The notes beneath the pieces were generated by a model. It saw only the letters and a list, made by a program, of their open reading frames with translations. It was not told where the DNA came from and ran no database searches. Both the position numbers and the translations under genes were made by a program. From Eledone cirrhosa (Eukaryota), in the NCBI GenBank assembly GCA_964016885.1, contig OZ024743.1, forward strand, positions 148,800,001-148,864,000: a stretch of 64,000 bases of DNA. The letters are read 5' to 3'. Shown piece after piece: positions 62,022 to 64,000 of this stretch (its first letter is position 1; each line of letters opens with the position of its first letter).

Positions 62022-62405
62022 GTAATCCTGGTATGTGTATATGCATTTTATACCTAATTGTGTATGGTTGACAGTATATTTAATCGAATTCCACGTGCTG
62101 TTGAAATGTTGGGTAAATATTCTATGGTGGTTGGCCGCGAAGAGATTGCTGTCATTTATTTATCTTCTATTTCTTCATAGGTACCTTTTAATCTTATAGC
62201 CTGGTCTAATTGATTTTTTGTGTGGTTAATTATGCTAATTGGGAGAGGAAATGGTATATATATATTATCAAATGATTCTATGGACATACTTTATAGTATA
62301 GTGCTCTGATTATTTAATTTATTAATTCATCATTGAGCCACATCGTGAATGGTTGCCAAAACACATATATATCTCTGACTTTGTCTAGTTTGTGTATATG
62401 TAAAT

Positions 62406-62489
<84 letters not shown>

Positions 62490-62630
62490 GTATATATATA
62501 TATGTATATATGTGTATATATATATATATGTGTGTGTGTGTGCGTGTGTATATGTGTGTGTATATATATATATATATATTTTTTCTTTTTTTTTGCGACG
62601 TTTTTTATATGAAATCATGTGTCGAAACAA

Positions 62631-63120
62631 ATATTGTTATACTTGGGGAGGGTCATATTTGTTTAATAATATTGCCAGAATTAATAACAGAACACACTCA
62701 CTGTTTGGTTGGTTTTCGCTTCTGTATTTTTTATATTACTTAATTTATTCGGTCCTCAATGTTTATCATTGACTGACCAACGGTCAAAAATACAGATATA
62801 ATATAGACACAAACACATATATATAGTCTAACAAAGTTCTTTCGTTGCACATCTGCAACATCGTCAGTAGTGCTATTATGTTTCCTCCTGTTGTATTGTA
62901 TAACAGCACCACTTACGATGTTGCAGACTATATTTATGTGTTTGTGTCTATATTATATCTGTATCTTTGACCGTTGGTCAGTCAATGGTAAACATTGACG
63001 ACCGAATAAATTAACTGATATAAAAGATACAGAAGCGAAAACCAACCAAACAGTGAGTGTGTACTGTTATTAATTCTGGCAATATTATTACAACAATATG
63101 ACCCTCCCCCAAGTATAACA

Positions 63121-63125
<5 letters not shown>
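62631..63125. repeat. About 500 bp fold-back element with a degenerate HHR-like motif (62828-62870 minus)
   Basis: Arms 62631-62829 and 62925-63125; minus strand reads cta-CTGACGA-t gttgca gatg tgcaac-GAAA-gaactttgttag. Confidence 0.7.
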
Positions 63126-63218
<93 letters not shown>

Positions 63219-64000
63219 GATCGACTTTCATCAAATCGGACCGAGGAAACAATGTTTCCGTTGGTCTTTCCAATTGCTAATACTATCTATCGGTCGCAAC
63301 TCCAGGTAGAAGAAGCAACGTGAAATAATATATATGTATTAAAATAACAGATTAAAGTTTAAGCAAGGAATCGCTGCTTTCCCCCTTAATGGGATCTTCT
63401 GAAACTAAAAAAATCAATCTGTGAACGCAGAAGTAAATATTTCGAAAAACGTTGCAACCGAAGGAAGACAGGAAGACAATACTTTGGTTCGTGGAAACGT
63501 TCCCTGGCAAAGAACGGAAAAAACGAAGATAAACGTCATTATTTGGAGCGGTGAGGTTAACTTTGCCTTTTATCCTTACGGGGTCGATAAAATGAAGTAC
63601 CAGTAACGTACTGAGTATTTTTGGCCTTGTGCCAACAGTAGAAACAATTATTTGGAGCGGTGAGAACACGCAGAGACAAAACTTCGTTTATGGTATGAAT
63701 GAAGTCGTAGACTAATATTCTATTAGGTGGTTCGTGGAGACGTTCCCTGGCAATGAACGAAAAATACGAAGATAATACGTCATTATGTGGAACGATGAGA
63801 ACAATTACACGCAAATACAAAATTACGTTTAGGGTAGAACTGAAGTCGTAGACTAAAATTCTATTTAAGAAACCGAATGATTCTCGGCTTCAGTTAAGAA
63901 TAATGTAAATAAATTACAGAGGTTATTGAAATCAAGATAATTAAATATATACATGCACTCATACATATACGTACATACACATGCATGCGCGAAAACACCC

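Overview
This is AT-rich, (TA)n-saturated eukaryotic DNA with almost no host coding sequence. The repeat style (TA tracts, RTE LINEs with (ATG)n tails, tRNA-derived SINEs) suggests an octopod cephalopod; that is an inference. Most listed ORFs are (YI)n artefacts of microsatellites. Recognisable content: two decayed Penelope-like (PLE; RT plus GIY-YIG, Naiad-like) retroelements and a third 5'-truncated one, RTE and CR1 LINE fragments, a Helitron, an internally deleted Hsmar2-like mariner and many SINEs. The main hidden signal is roughly 30 type-I hammerhead ribozyme (HHR) motifs from more than a dozen sequence families, read by eye on both strands. They sit in 465-1000 bp tandem units (retrozyme/pseudo-LTR-like) or in fold-back palindromes inserted in (TA)n. 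Many carry recurrent non-canonical features: an unpaired 10.1-11.1 position, a U3-A8 swap, or CAG instead of CUG in the core. Inversion breakpoints repeatedly map onto the ribozyme helices. All coordinates and folds were derived manually; no ribozyme activity has been demonstrated.
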